The notes below the pieces were generated by a model that made no database searches, was not told the origin of the DNA, and worked only from the letters and a program-made list of their open reading frames with translations. From Chromera velia (lineage: Eukaryota): a stretch of 64,000 bases of DNA. Positions 39,148 to 51,696 of the stretch are shown piece after piece (positions within the stretch are counted from its first letter, which is position 1; each line of letters starts with the position of its first letter). Where the stretch lies: NCBI GenBank assembly GCA_018398765.1, contig JAHBMJ010000234.1, positions 1 through 64,000 on the forward strand. Direction: 5' to 3'. Position numbers and translations under genes: made by a program.

Positions 39148-41008
39148 TAGGGATAACTATCGAATCGATATCGTATCGTATCGTATCAGTATCGGTATCG
39201 AAGTATCGACTATCGGTTCTTTCTCGGGCGGCCGAGTATCGGTTAGTATCAGCCTGCTTAGAGCTTGTGAATATTTGTGAAGGACTACTATATGGCCAGG
39301 CGCGCGCTGGGCCGGGCCTCGGTGCTCGAAGACCGGGCGCGTCCGCGGGCCCAGTAACACGTATACCGTCCCCAACCGGCTCCATGCATGCATGGATGAA
39401 TGCGGAACCGGCTCCATGCATGGAGCGTACACTGAATTCAGCCCCAGCGGCCGGAACAGCGCCTCAAGACAAGACTGCATGTTCACTGCATCCGATCCAA
39501 CAGAGCTTCATCATTTCCGTTTTCTGAACAAAACCGCTTCTGGACAATCAAAGCATCATAACAGCCAGAAGGGGAAAAAACAAGCTAAGGTGTGGGCATA
39601 TTATAAACGTCAGGCGGATAGAAATTTCGTCTCCTCAGCATGTAGAGTTGCTTGACCCGTTGTTGACCTGTCGGAGTTGGCTTACTGGCCAACGTCCAAA
39701 CAACTCAAGGACAGTAGTCTAAGAATCGTCTTTCCACAGTGTTGTCTCTTCTTTTTGTGCCGTCTTGGAGCTTCAGGAGTGACCGGATCGACCAGGATGT
39801 CAACATGGGCGAACTGAGATTCGGAAAGGTCAGTCATGAGTGATGTCACTGTCATTTGGTGACATCCATACTCTGCCATTGAAGCTTGCCACTTTACCAT
39901 TGATGTTCAACCACTGAGCATGCTTCTGATGACCTTATCTTTTACAAAAGCTTGCCACTTGGCGACTCGCTGCTCGTTTTTTGACGTTGACCTAGCTTCC
40001 AGCAACGGTTCGGTCTTCACACCCTCTGAATCACAAAACACACACCAAGACCGTCTATCTGTTTCCTTGTGGGAACCTTTGTAGTCCAACGTGTTTGTCT
40101 TGGTCTCCTTCATGCTTTTACTTGGGCAGAAGGAACTCCTAATACCGCAAGCAGTGCTGTTTTCGTTTTTCTAGAACTGGATCTGCCCTCCCTGGAATGA
40201 CCGGTGAGTTTGTCACTTGTGCCCGCTTCGCAGAGGAAGGAGAGGGCTTCCCCAAAGTCTAGAAAGCTGAAGATTGTCTTACTATGGATGTGTTCCACGA
40301 ATTTTTTGCAGCTTTAAAATCTCAGTTGGCCGTTTTGCGTATTGGTTGATTTTCATGGAGATGCATACACATACAGATAAACACACAGACCACTGCACAC
40401 TGTCAGACCTTTGACCTCAATTTTCTCTTCACTCCGCTTGCTGAGTATCAACCACCACGTCGCTCAAGAGAGTCCAACCTAAGCTGCTTGCTGCGTAGCT
40501 TGTTTTTTCTTTCTTCTTTGTGCTGCAAATCTATATGGTTCCTTCGTGAGTGCAGAATAGCATGTGGATGTCTGCGTTTTGCCATAAATTTTGTATGCAT
40601 TCACTTGCATTTGGGTGATTTTGGCACACACATTAGAATAAAAACGAGTCTAACATTTTGCTTCTGGCATAAGATTTCCAGGAACGACGTGTTGATGAAG
40701 TCATTGTCAATCTGATGATGTCACAGTGTTGACTCTTTTAAAGGGGGGGGTTAGGAGGGCGAAGCCCCCCTTATAGTTTAGCCTTCTGAACGTTTCGGAG
40801 CCCATTTTCTAAGTAACACGAGATTTTTACAAAAAGTTTTTAGTTTGACGAATGATACTGTTTGCACTAGGTTTTAGCCTCGTACGCTAAAAATTTTATG
40901 TCAGTATCGAAATTATCGACGATACCCCCTTTTTTTGGAACGTTAAATTCCCATACGATAGCGATACGATACCGATTCGATACCAATACAATACGATAGC
41001 TATCCCTA
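39148..41008. mobile_element. Non-autonomous hAT-type DNA transposon (1861 bp)
   Basis: TIRs TAGGGATAACTATCG / CGATAGCTATCCCTA, perfect 8-bp TSD ACTATAAA (39140-39147 and 41009-41016), and subterminal TATCG/CGATA arrays. There is a possible BED-finger remnant AKVWAYYK but no intact transposase. Confidence 0.92.
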
Positions 41009-41474
41009 ACTATAAAGTGAAATTATAAATTAGGACATATGAGGATGGGCCGGGATTTATCTTCTAAGTTTATGTACTATAGTTTATGTAATGATGATTC
41101 AAAATAAATCAGAAATATCATGTAAATTAATATTCTATCATTTACAATGTACTCATTCTATCATAATATACAAGTCCTAGTACACCACTAATCACTATTC
41201 ACTAACACATTGTATGTGTAATCTTTCATTAGCCTTTCAAGAATGGAAGAAATGATTTGGAAAGTAATCTAAGTTTAGCGTTTGGACTTCAAGTTACAAC
41301 TTTGGAGACTAGGGAGTAGCTAGGGAATATCTAGGCAGTAGCAAGGACAAGCAATTTACAAAGCTTTTTCTTGAATGAAAAGACTATAAACAGTAAAAAG
41401 AAGTCAGAAACGACGTCTGAAACGTATCTAGAAACGTATAAGCCTAGCTACCCACGGTAGGTAACCCACGAGCG

Positions 41475-44400
41475 TTAAAAAATACGGTTTAAGCTAGGCA
41501 CCTTGCCTTCAGACTGGGCGGCTTGCCGCAAGGCCTTGATAGAAAAGAGAAATTCCTTCTGTGTGACCCCTCCATCTCCCACTTCCTCTTGTCCTTCCTG
41601 ATCTTTCCAGTCCACCCAGCAGAGTTCCGGCAGTGACTCAGGTTCCAGTGTTTTGAAAAAACCGGAGATTCCCTCGAGGGTGATTCTGTTTTTCGACAAT
41701 TTGATGCTTCCAAGCTTCGGACACTCGTGTGCGCGAAAAACCTCCCCCCATCTTTTCAACTTACTATCGTCAATCTCGCAATCAGACAGGTCCAGGTACT
41801 TCAAATATGAGAGGTTCCCTCGCTCACTTGACGCAAGCGCAATCAACGCCTCCTCTCCCACCTGCCCTCCCCTCAATTCGAGCTCCCCCACACGGACCCT
41901 TTCCCGACTCTCCGCAATCGCTCTAATCAAGTTGTCAAGATTCACGTCACGCGAACCTTCGCGGACACACAAAGTGAGAGGAAACGCAGCCGGGGGAAAC
42001 TGGTTTTCCCTCACAGCATCTGAAATGATTGGCACACTCTGAGTGTCCAAAGAGATACGCGCAGGCTCTAATTTCTCCACACACGGCAGCTTCCCTGTCG
42101 CCATTGCGATCCCCAGCCATACACAAAAATGGTCCTCTCTCGTCTGACCAATAAGCAGCTGCTTCATTTTCGGAAGGCCGCCCTGACTCTCAGCAATGGA
42201 TCGAGCAAACACCTCCCAACTCTGAGGCTCCACCTCTGCCTCGATACCATCCTCCCAGCCCCTCACACCATGCGCCCTCAAGTCAAGAGAAACGACCCCC
42301 GCAAACCCTCCCCCCCTGACCGCCTCTGCAAGTCCCCTCACCCCCTCATCGGTCAGATTCGAATTACTCAAGTCAATCTTTGACAGTCTCGGAAGCTTTC
42401 CGGACATCAATGTCATGCCCAAATATCCCGCACCCTCTCCCGCCCTTGAAAATGAAACATTGAGCACGTCAAGAGAAGCCAAACCTTCTTGACTCTCCGT
42501 AACAGCCCCCATAAGAGCCTCCATCCCCACCCTTCCCAGCCTACCTCTTTCCTCCGTCCACAGACCTTCTCTGTTGTATGTCAAGTCGAGCACACGAAGC
42601 TGGGAAACACTCCCGACCCTCACTGCCTCAGCCAGCAAAACTGCATGCTCATCATTCAACTTGGCGCAAAATTCCGACAAAAAATTGAACTTCACATGGG
42701 ATAACGAAGCTAAGAAGGTCCTCCTCCCTTCCAAAAAGTTCGACTCCGTCCAATCGAACATGGTCATCTTCACCTGCCGAAGAGAGCTCAACCTACCCAT
42801 ACCAATCAGGTCTCCAAGCAACTGCAGGGGATCCCCAATCACATCAGGTCCTCCCCCCTCCCACAAGTCAACCGTCAAATCATGAACCTCCACCCAAGGC
42901 CCCTTTTCATTCTCCACAACCCCCCTGAGGAAGGCACCCAAGTACAGCGGAATCAGAGAAAGACTGAGAGGGCGAACAGGCGCATATCTGCCCGCCCCCA
43001 AGCCTTGAAATGTTTCTGTGTGATCATCTTCCAGATCATACCCGGCCAAATTCAACGGCACGTTTTGAAGCCCACACGGGCGCTCAGCACTTTCCAACGC
43101 TTTCAAAAACTCTTTCACGGCCATCACAGAGATAGTCGAAGAAGTCTGTAGCCGCAGATTCTTCAAACTGGGCAAACACTCAGCTCGAATCATCCCGCTG
43201 ATTTCGTCTAGACTATCAAACAAACCGTCATTCTCTTCAAGGTCTAATGTCTCCAAGGTGGGGATGCTACTCCCTCCCAGAGAGTCTGCAAGCCGCTCTA
43301 GAACCCAGGCATCCATCTCGCAGTTTGCCAGCCGAAGCTGACGCACGCACGGCAAGCAAGCTGCGCAAAGAATCTGACCCAAAACCCCCATTCGCTGTTC
43401 ACTGAAACGGTTCCCTGAGAGATTCAGCGTTTCGACCCTCAAGTTCTGCTGCTTGATGGCATCACAGAGAAGTTCCAGCGCTTCCAGGTCATCGCGGGTT
43501 TTTGTCATCGTGTTCTCAAGGTCCAACACGCGAAGGGGGGAAGCACCCCCACTCGCAACCACCTCTGCAAGTGCACGGAATCCCTCAGCACCCAGAGGGT
43601 TGCCTGAAGGAAGGAAGGTGGAAGAAAGACCATCAAGAGGTTTGTTTTGCTGAAGCAAGATTGCTATACTCGAGATAAACCGAAACACTGAAACGTGTAC
43701 AGGCATCAAACAGAACTGAAAGTCAGGACGGCTTGTTGGCAAGAACGGAACGATAGAATCTGTTTGTCTGTCTGTCTGGCTGGCTGGATGCAAGCTTGCC
43801 CAAGACATACAGTAGTCTCTGAGGCCGTGCGGCCCCTAGGTTCGTCGGGCAGTCAGTAACTCTCTCTCTCTCTCCTCAACAGCCTCAATCAACCCTAGGC
43901 TTCAGAGAGAAGCATGACGCCTTTTCCCTCTCTTCTTTGTTTTCTCTCAGGACAGACTGTGTGACTTCTCTCTCTTTCTTTTTCCTTTCTTTTCCCTTTT
44001 CCAACAGACAGGCAGACACACGGAGGGACAGAACCCCCCCCCTGAGGCATGCCGACCCCCAGGGAACGGAGGGCATCTTTGTTTTGCCTCTCTACGCCTT
44101 CAAAGCACAGCCAGCCAAGGCATACGACAAGAAGAGGACCCGACTGTTTGAGTAGATGAAACACATGAGAAAGAAAGAAAGCTGACTGGCAGGCAGGCGG
44201 ACCGTTCAAGCAGAGGTGTTGAAGAAGAGGAACCAAAAGGCGGAAAACCTCGGGAGCTTCTTCCGGTCCGATGGAATTTTCTGCAGAGAGAGAGATCATG
44301 CAGTCAAGCAGCCGTGACGACAAAAATGACGAGATTCAACGCTCAGACAAGAACCGCACTCAATCTTGCACACACCCACAAGAGAGAGAGGGAGAGAGAC

Positions 44401-44504
44401 TGAAAAAACAGAAAAGGAGAGAGAACAATGTTCAAACAAACAAACGAACGAACGAACGAAGGAACGAACGAACGAAGGAAGAAAGGAAGGAAGGAAGGAA
44501 GGAA

Positions 44505-44535
<31 letters not shown>

Positions 44536-46936
44536 TTGAAAGAAGTAAACAGATGAACGAACACAGCTTGTCGACATCCCATATTAATATATTACACCGT
44601 CGCCCCAAGCGCCTCCACTCACCCGCAAAAACAAATCTCTTCAGAGGAGGAGCCTCCTCCCTGCCCTCTCTCGCAGCCTTCACCCTTTCCAGAAACCGCA
44701 CAAAGAGAGGGAGGGCTCGTCTTTTCACAACAACGGCGTCTGCACACAACTTGCGTTGAGAAGCATTGAGATGTGGCTTTCTCCATCTAACAGAAAAATA
44801 AGTCCAGTTTAGTACCAAAAAACACATACAGGAACATTGGGATCGATCAATCTTTTTCATGCGTGTTATGTGTGCAGGCAGGCGCTCGCAGAAGAAGATC
44901 TAAGTGGCGGACACAACCATGCACGAAGCTGATTGACCCATTCGATATTCAATGCAAGGCAGAAGTGTTCCGGAGACGGTAGAGCTTGTTTCAGCCCAGG
45001 CACTAATAGAGTTTACATTGAAAGAGGCGGGTGGGGTAAGACAAAAAAGAATCAAGGAACACATGGGTACGCACCAAAACACACATGTTGCATCATGACA
45101 ACGCCACCCGCCTACCCACCCACCTGCTTTCATTTGCTCGATGGAAGAAGGAAGAAGCTCCATGAGGAGGAACATCTTATCGGGGGAGACGCCACTCGAT
45201 CCTGAAGAGAGGGAACGCGGGAGAAGACAGAAGAGGAAGCATTGAGTGTCCACAAAAGGATGCATGAGTTCATGCCTGTATATGTGGCATTATGTGTATT
45301 CTTCTCCTCTCCTTTTTTTCTCAAACACACGCCTGAGGGAGAGGGAGAGGGACGAAGAGACAGGAAAACAAAGAAACTTTCAGCGGACACTTCAGGGAGC
45401 CAACAGAGGAGGGAGGAACCTTGTGCTCTGACTCACCAGACAGATCCACGCAGTCGGGAAGCACGAGAGAAGTTTTCCCCTCTGCCTTGTGCTGCAGAGA
45501 GACAATTGGAGAAAGGCAGAGACAACTCGTGAAGATAGAGACAGCTAGAGATTTGAAGAGACAGGAAATGTCTTGCGCAGATTTGAGAAGACCGGACTCT
45601 TCGGTTCCTTTTTTGCAAAGTCTCTCTCTCACTTTCCCTTCTTAGCTGTCCCTCTTTTCAGTCTCCCTCTTTTCCTTCCCTGCCCTCAAGAGGCCTGCCG
45701 TCGCCCGGATGTGGCGCAGGTCTGTGTTTGCTTGCAGGAAGGGCTTCGTGCTTTGAGGTTTATTCGATGCGGATGGGGTGACTGAACTTGGTGTGTCGAA
45801 TTATCAGTGTGGGTCTTTTTTGTGTCGTTTTGGGTGGCTGGGTGAGGATCGGGAGTTCTCTGGTGCCTTCTCGTTCGTCACGAGAACTTCTCTGTTCCAT
45901 GCATACTTGTCTCCCAGAGCTTGCTATCTTGCTCACACTCCCGAACTTCCTTGCAAAATGTTCCGCTTTATTTCAGAATGAGAGAGAAATGAGAAGAAAG
46001 GGTGGCGCAGATGCTCTAATATCATCTCTACTGGACTGCTCGGATCTGTGCAGGCAATCCATGCGACTTGCTTTCTTGATCAGAAGGATCTGTGCAGGCA
46101 ATCCATGCGACTTACTTTCTTGATCAGAAGGATCTGTGCAGGCAATCCATGCGACTTACTTTCTTGATCAGAAGGAGAAGCAGCCAAGCCAAACCAAACG
46201 AGTCTCTCTGTTTCACCAGATCAGAGAGTATCTGCAAGTTTACGTTCAAAAGAGAGGGATGGATATACAGAAAAATGTAGAAGGGCGGGACACAGTACCC
46301 AGCCGGAAGAAGAGAGAGCCCTCTGAGGACAAAAACAAGAAGGCGACCGGGTCTGTACTGCACTGCTGAGCAACGACGCTCAGGCAGGGAGTATGAAGGA
46401 GAGAAAAGGCAAGACCACCATTGCTGTCTCCACTCAAGAAGGCCTCCAGCGAATCAGAGACGGACTCTACGAGGGTAGAACGAGCCCGTAGCCACCGGAA
46501 GGCCAGAATCACAGTCTAGCTGCCTCTCTGTACATATGAATACATATGAATGGATACAAGCCTATCATGGATCATCGATTCATGCAGAGACGGCAGGGCG
46601 AACGTGAACCTTTACCTGGAGGCTGTCAACACATGAAACACTCTGGCTTGACCTGAGCCTTAAACATCACCTGCCGAGCAATTGTCTTGACAATAGACTG
46701 ACCTGAGAAGTTATTTCCACTCTTTGAAGAAGTGCAAAGAGACCATCGTCCTGATTGCGACGTCTCTCTGTCTCCTTGTCAAGTGTCTTCTCACCGACAT
46801 CCTCTTCCCTTTGCGCGTTTTCGTATCTGCCTTTCTGGTTGTCCTCTGAGGCTTCCTTTCCTTCATTGTCACGCTTGGGGGTCCTCGCGTCTTTGCCTCT
46901 GCCCTCCTCTTTTTGAGTTTTCGTCTGCTCTGTCAT
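41475..46936 (-). CDS. Multi-exon RNI-like leucine-rich repeat protein (paralog 2)
   Basis: Terminal LRR exon from 41475 to ~43600 is clearly homologous to paralog 1 (GNPLG..GFRALAE, GKLPRLS.IDLS.S.LTD.GVRGLAEAVRGGG). It has homologous upstream exons and a first exon from ATG 46936 to ITSQ|gtcag. Confidence 0.85.
46042..46173. repeat. 3 x 44-bp tandem repeat spanning a splice donor
   Basis: Units 46042-46085, 46086-46129 and 46130-46173. Confidence 0.95.
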
Positions 46937-47846
46937 CCTTTCTGGCTACGCACTTTTCTTTTGGAGACGGCTGTTCGTCCCGCCACAAAGAACTTCGGAA
47001 GAAGTGCACGTAAGAGGTTCAAAGTGCTCCCGCATGAACGGATTGCGTGTGGAATTTTTCTCGTTCACACCTATTCACTCTGGTATACGTGAAGCATGCA
47101 GAGTGTCGCAATCCTTCCTTGCCTTCCTCTGTCTTTGGTGAATAAATCTGGAAGGCGCTGAAGTGGCCCGGAAAGCGAAGCTGAGAGGGCACTTAACAAA
47201 AATTGCACCCCCCCAGACCACACGGATGGCTGCGTCCGACGTTTACAGGAAGTCTACCACAGGAAGATCTGACGCACGCCAAGCTCGACCCCGGAAAGAC
47301 AATTCAGCTGAGGAGGCACTTTCCAAATTTAAAGGGGCAACAAGAATAAATTTCGCTTTCCGGGCCATTCGCACGGAGTGCGTCAGATCGGCTTTTACCA
47401 AAATGGTCGTGCGATCGAAGTCGAGTTTGCGCGCGGTTAATTGCCGGCCCGATTTTGGGCCTGAGAGGTCTGCCGTCAAGACGCTGCATGGGGCATGCCG
47501 GGGCCGCTTTCAATATTTGGGATTATTTGGGGACCCTACATGGACGAGAGTCTGCCAAGACAAGACCCCTATTTACCCTTATTTTGCCCTCCTAAGTCGG
47601 ACCCTAACAACTTCCTATTAGTCTTATTTCATATTCTTTCATTAAAGCCCCCGGGCTACCTTGGGTGCTACGCACTTTTTGAATGCTTTCAGAATTAACA
47701 AAAAACATCGCAAGATTTAGTGAGATCAATCCCTCTGGTTACCTCTAGTATACAATCAATAACAATCAACCAAGGTTTGTCAAAAAGCGCGCTACTTACT
47801 TAGGCCCGCGCCTATGCCACTTAATTTTCATGTATGTTTCCATATA

Positions 47847-50838
47847 GAAAGGCCGCAGGTGTGGACAGTATAGTTGCAGAGCTCTTCAAGGCAGGGGGGG
47901 GAACAGTTGTGGGCAGACTCCTTGATGTCTTCAAGGCGGTCTGGCGTAAGAGGATAGTCCCGAAGGCATTCAGGGATGCTGTCCTTGTGCCAGTCCTAAA
48001 GAAGGGGGATAGGCTAGCCTGTGACAATTGGAGGGAGATTGCACTTTTCGTTTTTGCAGGCAAGGTGCTAGCAAAGATTATAGGAAAACGTCAGTAGAAG
48101 CTGAACAGGAAGAAAATTAAAGAAGCGCAGGTGGGGTTTTGGGAGGGAAGGGGGACTATGGATATGCTGTTCACAGCTAGACAGTTAGTAGAAAAGGCGA
48201 AGGAGAAAAGGTTGAGGCTGTTTTGGCTGTGGGTCGATTTGACCAAAGCCTTTGACACAGTCAACCATCCCGGTCCATCCAGCCCTCCATGCCCTCCTTC
48301 TGAAAAAGGGCGTCCCTGAGCTTGTCTTGTCTTGTCTTGTCTTGTCGGCGGACTCTCGTCCACCACGGGGCTGTGGCTATCCACTGGGATACACTTCACC
48401 GGGTCAGTCCCATACCCCATATGCATGTCTGCTCCCCCTCCCACTGAGGTAGTCTGGTAAAACTTCAGTCATGTAAGATGTCAAACATACTTTCCTAGCT
48501 ACACCTCTCCCCCGCCCCTGCCTCTGCCGCATGGCAGGTCTGTCTGACTGTCACAGCCTTGAAGTTCACCCTACTATATGACCTGACAGCCTAAGATATT
48601 TTTGCCATGCCTGAGGTCTCTCCCGCCTCTCCTCTCTCAGTCGTCCGCTGTGCACCATCCAACGCTAGACTAACGAAACGACCAAGTCTAGCGTTCCATC
48701 AGTCGCCGCGGCACTGTGGAGCGCCTCCACCCCCCCATCCATCACCACCCTTTCCTTCTTTCTTGTATCTTTCTCTTCCCCCTTCTCTTCCGTTCTCTTT
48801 CCTCTCTTTTCGTTCTCTTCACTCTGCCCAAAGAAAACCAGACCTGCTGCCCGGTACTTTGACTGTAGTTCTGAGCCCTCCAGTGGTTCCTCCTTTCCCA
48901 ACCCCCTCAGCATGTTAGCGGTTCCTTCATTACGTCTCATTCCCTTCCACCTCACCCATTCATACCCTACCCATACCACTGACATGCTATGCTGACCACC
49001 TTTTTTTCAACTACGGCGGTCTGCAGCCAGGGAAAAAACCTCCTCTTTTGATTAGTGAGGGAAAAAACCTAGCTTTTTCTTCCCCTTTTCAGCTTTTCCC
49101 ACTCCCTATTTTTGTTCGGTCAGTTTACTTCCTTCCTTCCCTTTCCCCACCCTTACTGACCAGAACAAGAGCCAGGGAAGGTTTGACAACCATTTCCAGC
49201 CTGGTTTTTGAACATACCAGCCTGCTGTTGGTTGACATCATCATGTCCTTCATGAAAGGAATGGAGGTATGTGTAGAGGTGAACGGAGAAAAGATGAAAT
49301 GGTTTTTTGTCAAAAATGGGGTTCGGCAGGGGTGTGTGCTTAGGCCTCTCCTTTTTCTCCCTTTCTTTAAAGCAGTCATTGAGGAGGTACTTGAGGGGTG
49401 GGAGGGAGGGGTGAAGGTAGAAGTCAATTTCACTTAGCCGATTTCTAGCAAGAAACCCAGCAAGTTGTTCTCTTTTGTTGCGAAGGTCACAGTTCTGAAG
49501 TTTGTAGATGATTTGGGGGCGCCCGACCCTTCCGAACAGCGCATACAGGAGCTTGCAGACCACCTGCAGGCAGCCTGTAAGCGTTGGGGCCTTCAAATCT
49601 CTATCAAAAAGACAGAGATGCTGGTGTAACCAGCAGCAGGAGAGGAAAGACACGCAGGAAACCCACGCCCATCCCCCATCTCAATCAACGCTGAGCCCCT
49701 CTAGGAGGGACAGGAATTTTAGTACCTTGGGGAGATGATTTCGAATGATGGATCTCTGGACCCTGAGATCAATCTCGGGATTCAGCAAGCAGGGATGATG
49801 TGGGAGAGGTTGCAAAAGGAGGTTTGGCAGGGGGGGGGGCTGTCAGTGACAGCACAGACAAAGATGCATCTCTTTAGAGGTGTTGTCCTCCCTGCTCTCT
49901 TGTATGGGGCAGAGACATAGGCTGTCCGAAAAGATCTAGTGCACAGGCTTGAGTCTTGGTGTATGGCGAGAGTACGACAGATTCTCAGGCAGCCCCGCAC
50001 AGAGAGAATGCCAGACGCAGTCATCCGCCAGGTTTTGGGGCTCTCTCCTATTGAGAGCCTCATTTAAAAGGCTTGGTTGCGGTGGTTGGGGCATGTAGGA
50101 AGGATAGGAAAGGAGAGGCTCCTGCGGCAGCTTCTCTTCGGGCATCTGGCCGGAGACCGTCCTGTGGGGCGGCCCCTCCTGCAATGGACTGATTGTGTTC
50201 TCTCAGATTTCAGACAGCTCGGCATTAACGAGGCTGAGTAGCAGTCCCTTGCAGTGAACAGGGGGGAATGGAGGAAGCTTATCCAAAGGGGAGTGAAAGA
50301 AGTTGAAGAGAGACAAAGAGAAGAGAAAGAGGAGAAAAAAACGGTGAGAAAGGGTAAGAAGGAAGAAGATTTCCACTGTGGAGCAGAGGGATGCAAGAGG
50401 TCGTTTCTTTCTGAAAAAGGCCTTCGCATCCATATGAGCAGAATCCATGGCGATCCATGGAAAGTAACCAGCGAAGCCTCCCTGTGTCAAGAAAGAAATC
50501 ACAAAGCAGGAAAGGGTTTCTAAAAAGGGAAGCCTGGTGCTGGGGAGCCTGGGGTGCCATGTAAAGTAAATTTTGGCAAAGTATAGGCAAGGACGAGGCG
50601 GCGCTATGAAGTAGCTTGGCATGGGTAGCAGACTACGTCTCATGAATCGGCATCATTCATGTGCAAGCATGCTGCTCCGGAAGTAGAAAAATTTGAAAAA
50701 AAACATCCTGGTTTGAATTAAGTATAAATTAAAGTGAACTGCTGGTGTAAAGAACCGAACTGCCTCGATCGTGCGTTACCGCCGAACGCTAGACACCTAT
50801 TTATAGGCCGATGGCGATGGCGTATGATGATGATGATG
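47847..50838 (+). mobile_element. 5'-truncated, decayed RTE-like non-LTR retrotransposon (RT pseudogene)
   Basis: Motifs KAAGVDSIVAELFK, KKGD..C.NWR.I.L, VDLTKAFDTV, GVRQGCVL.P.LF, F(V)DD, YLG..IS.DG, LLYGAET*, LRWLGHV.R, RPVGRP, and a C2H2 finger CGAEGCKRSF....GLRIHMSRIH. Ends in a (TGA)n tail; many stops and frameshifts. Confidence 0.93.
48321..49221 (-). mobile_element. Nested insertion in the LINE, probably an antisense retroelement 3' end
   Basis: Interrupts KGVPE|LLVDII and begins with (CTTGT)5, which is an (ACAAG)n tail on the minus strand. Boundaries are approximate. Confidence 0.6.
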
Positions 50839-51245
50839 TTCATACAAATACAATTTTTATATACATAGACTCTACTCACATAGTGATACATACATGATAC
50901 ATAGTCACTAACTCTAACACTAACTTTAACCTTAGCATACAGGTGAATGTAAAGTTTTACAATACGTTTTCTACTTTTCAGAAATTATATGAAATTTGTG
51001 CCTAGTATGGGTCTATTGCGCATGTCTGCTGTATGCTTCCTCACACGGGATCCGCTGCTTGATCGACGCAGTGACGCTTACAATTAGACTGAAAACGTCT
51101 CCACTTCCGGAAATTATTTGTCCCCGTGAGGAGCATCTCTGCACCCCCTCCAGAACGGTTGTCGTCTTCGCATCCGTGTGGTGTGTCGATCCGGAGGTGT
51201 GCAGGAGTGAGCGTTTCCTCCTCTCTATCTGGATTGATAAGAGAT

Positions 51246-51658
51246 TTAGAAGAAGAAGCCCAAGATCTTTCCTCCAGTGTGCTTCCGTCTTGCCTCCTGC
51301 ACATGCATACACAATAGAACATGAATGAACGTTCGCTTACAACGTGCAGATGGGATGGAAAGCAAATTTCACTGAGTTGGAAGGATGCTTCGTAAATGAT
51401 GGACACACAGACCAGGAGAGAGACAGACAACCCGTCTGCTATGCGTGTCGCTTCCCTCAGTTTTAAGATTTTCGACATGACGGCACTGATCCAATTTGCG
51501 CCTTCAGTCGGCATTTCCTAAAATTAGTCACATCATCGGAAGCTCGTATGAATTCTTTGGTATTCTCCCCCTGCTTGCCTGCCTTGTCCATCCGTCTTTC
51601 TGCTTTGCATCCTTCCAACCCTCATTCTGTTCCTAATTCACGGAGCTGCGAGGCCCAC

Positions 51659-51696
<38 letters not shown>

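Noticed and set aside
40070..40130. 'QTRWTT' on the minus strand as the hAT transposase TRW motif
   Set aside because: It is preceded by a stop, lies on the opposite strand to the BED-like remnant, and no other catalytic motifs are seen.
46042..46173. Short repeat array resembling CRISPR
   Set aside because: There are no spacers and no cas genes, and the context is a eukaryotic intron boundary.
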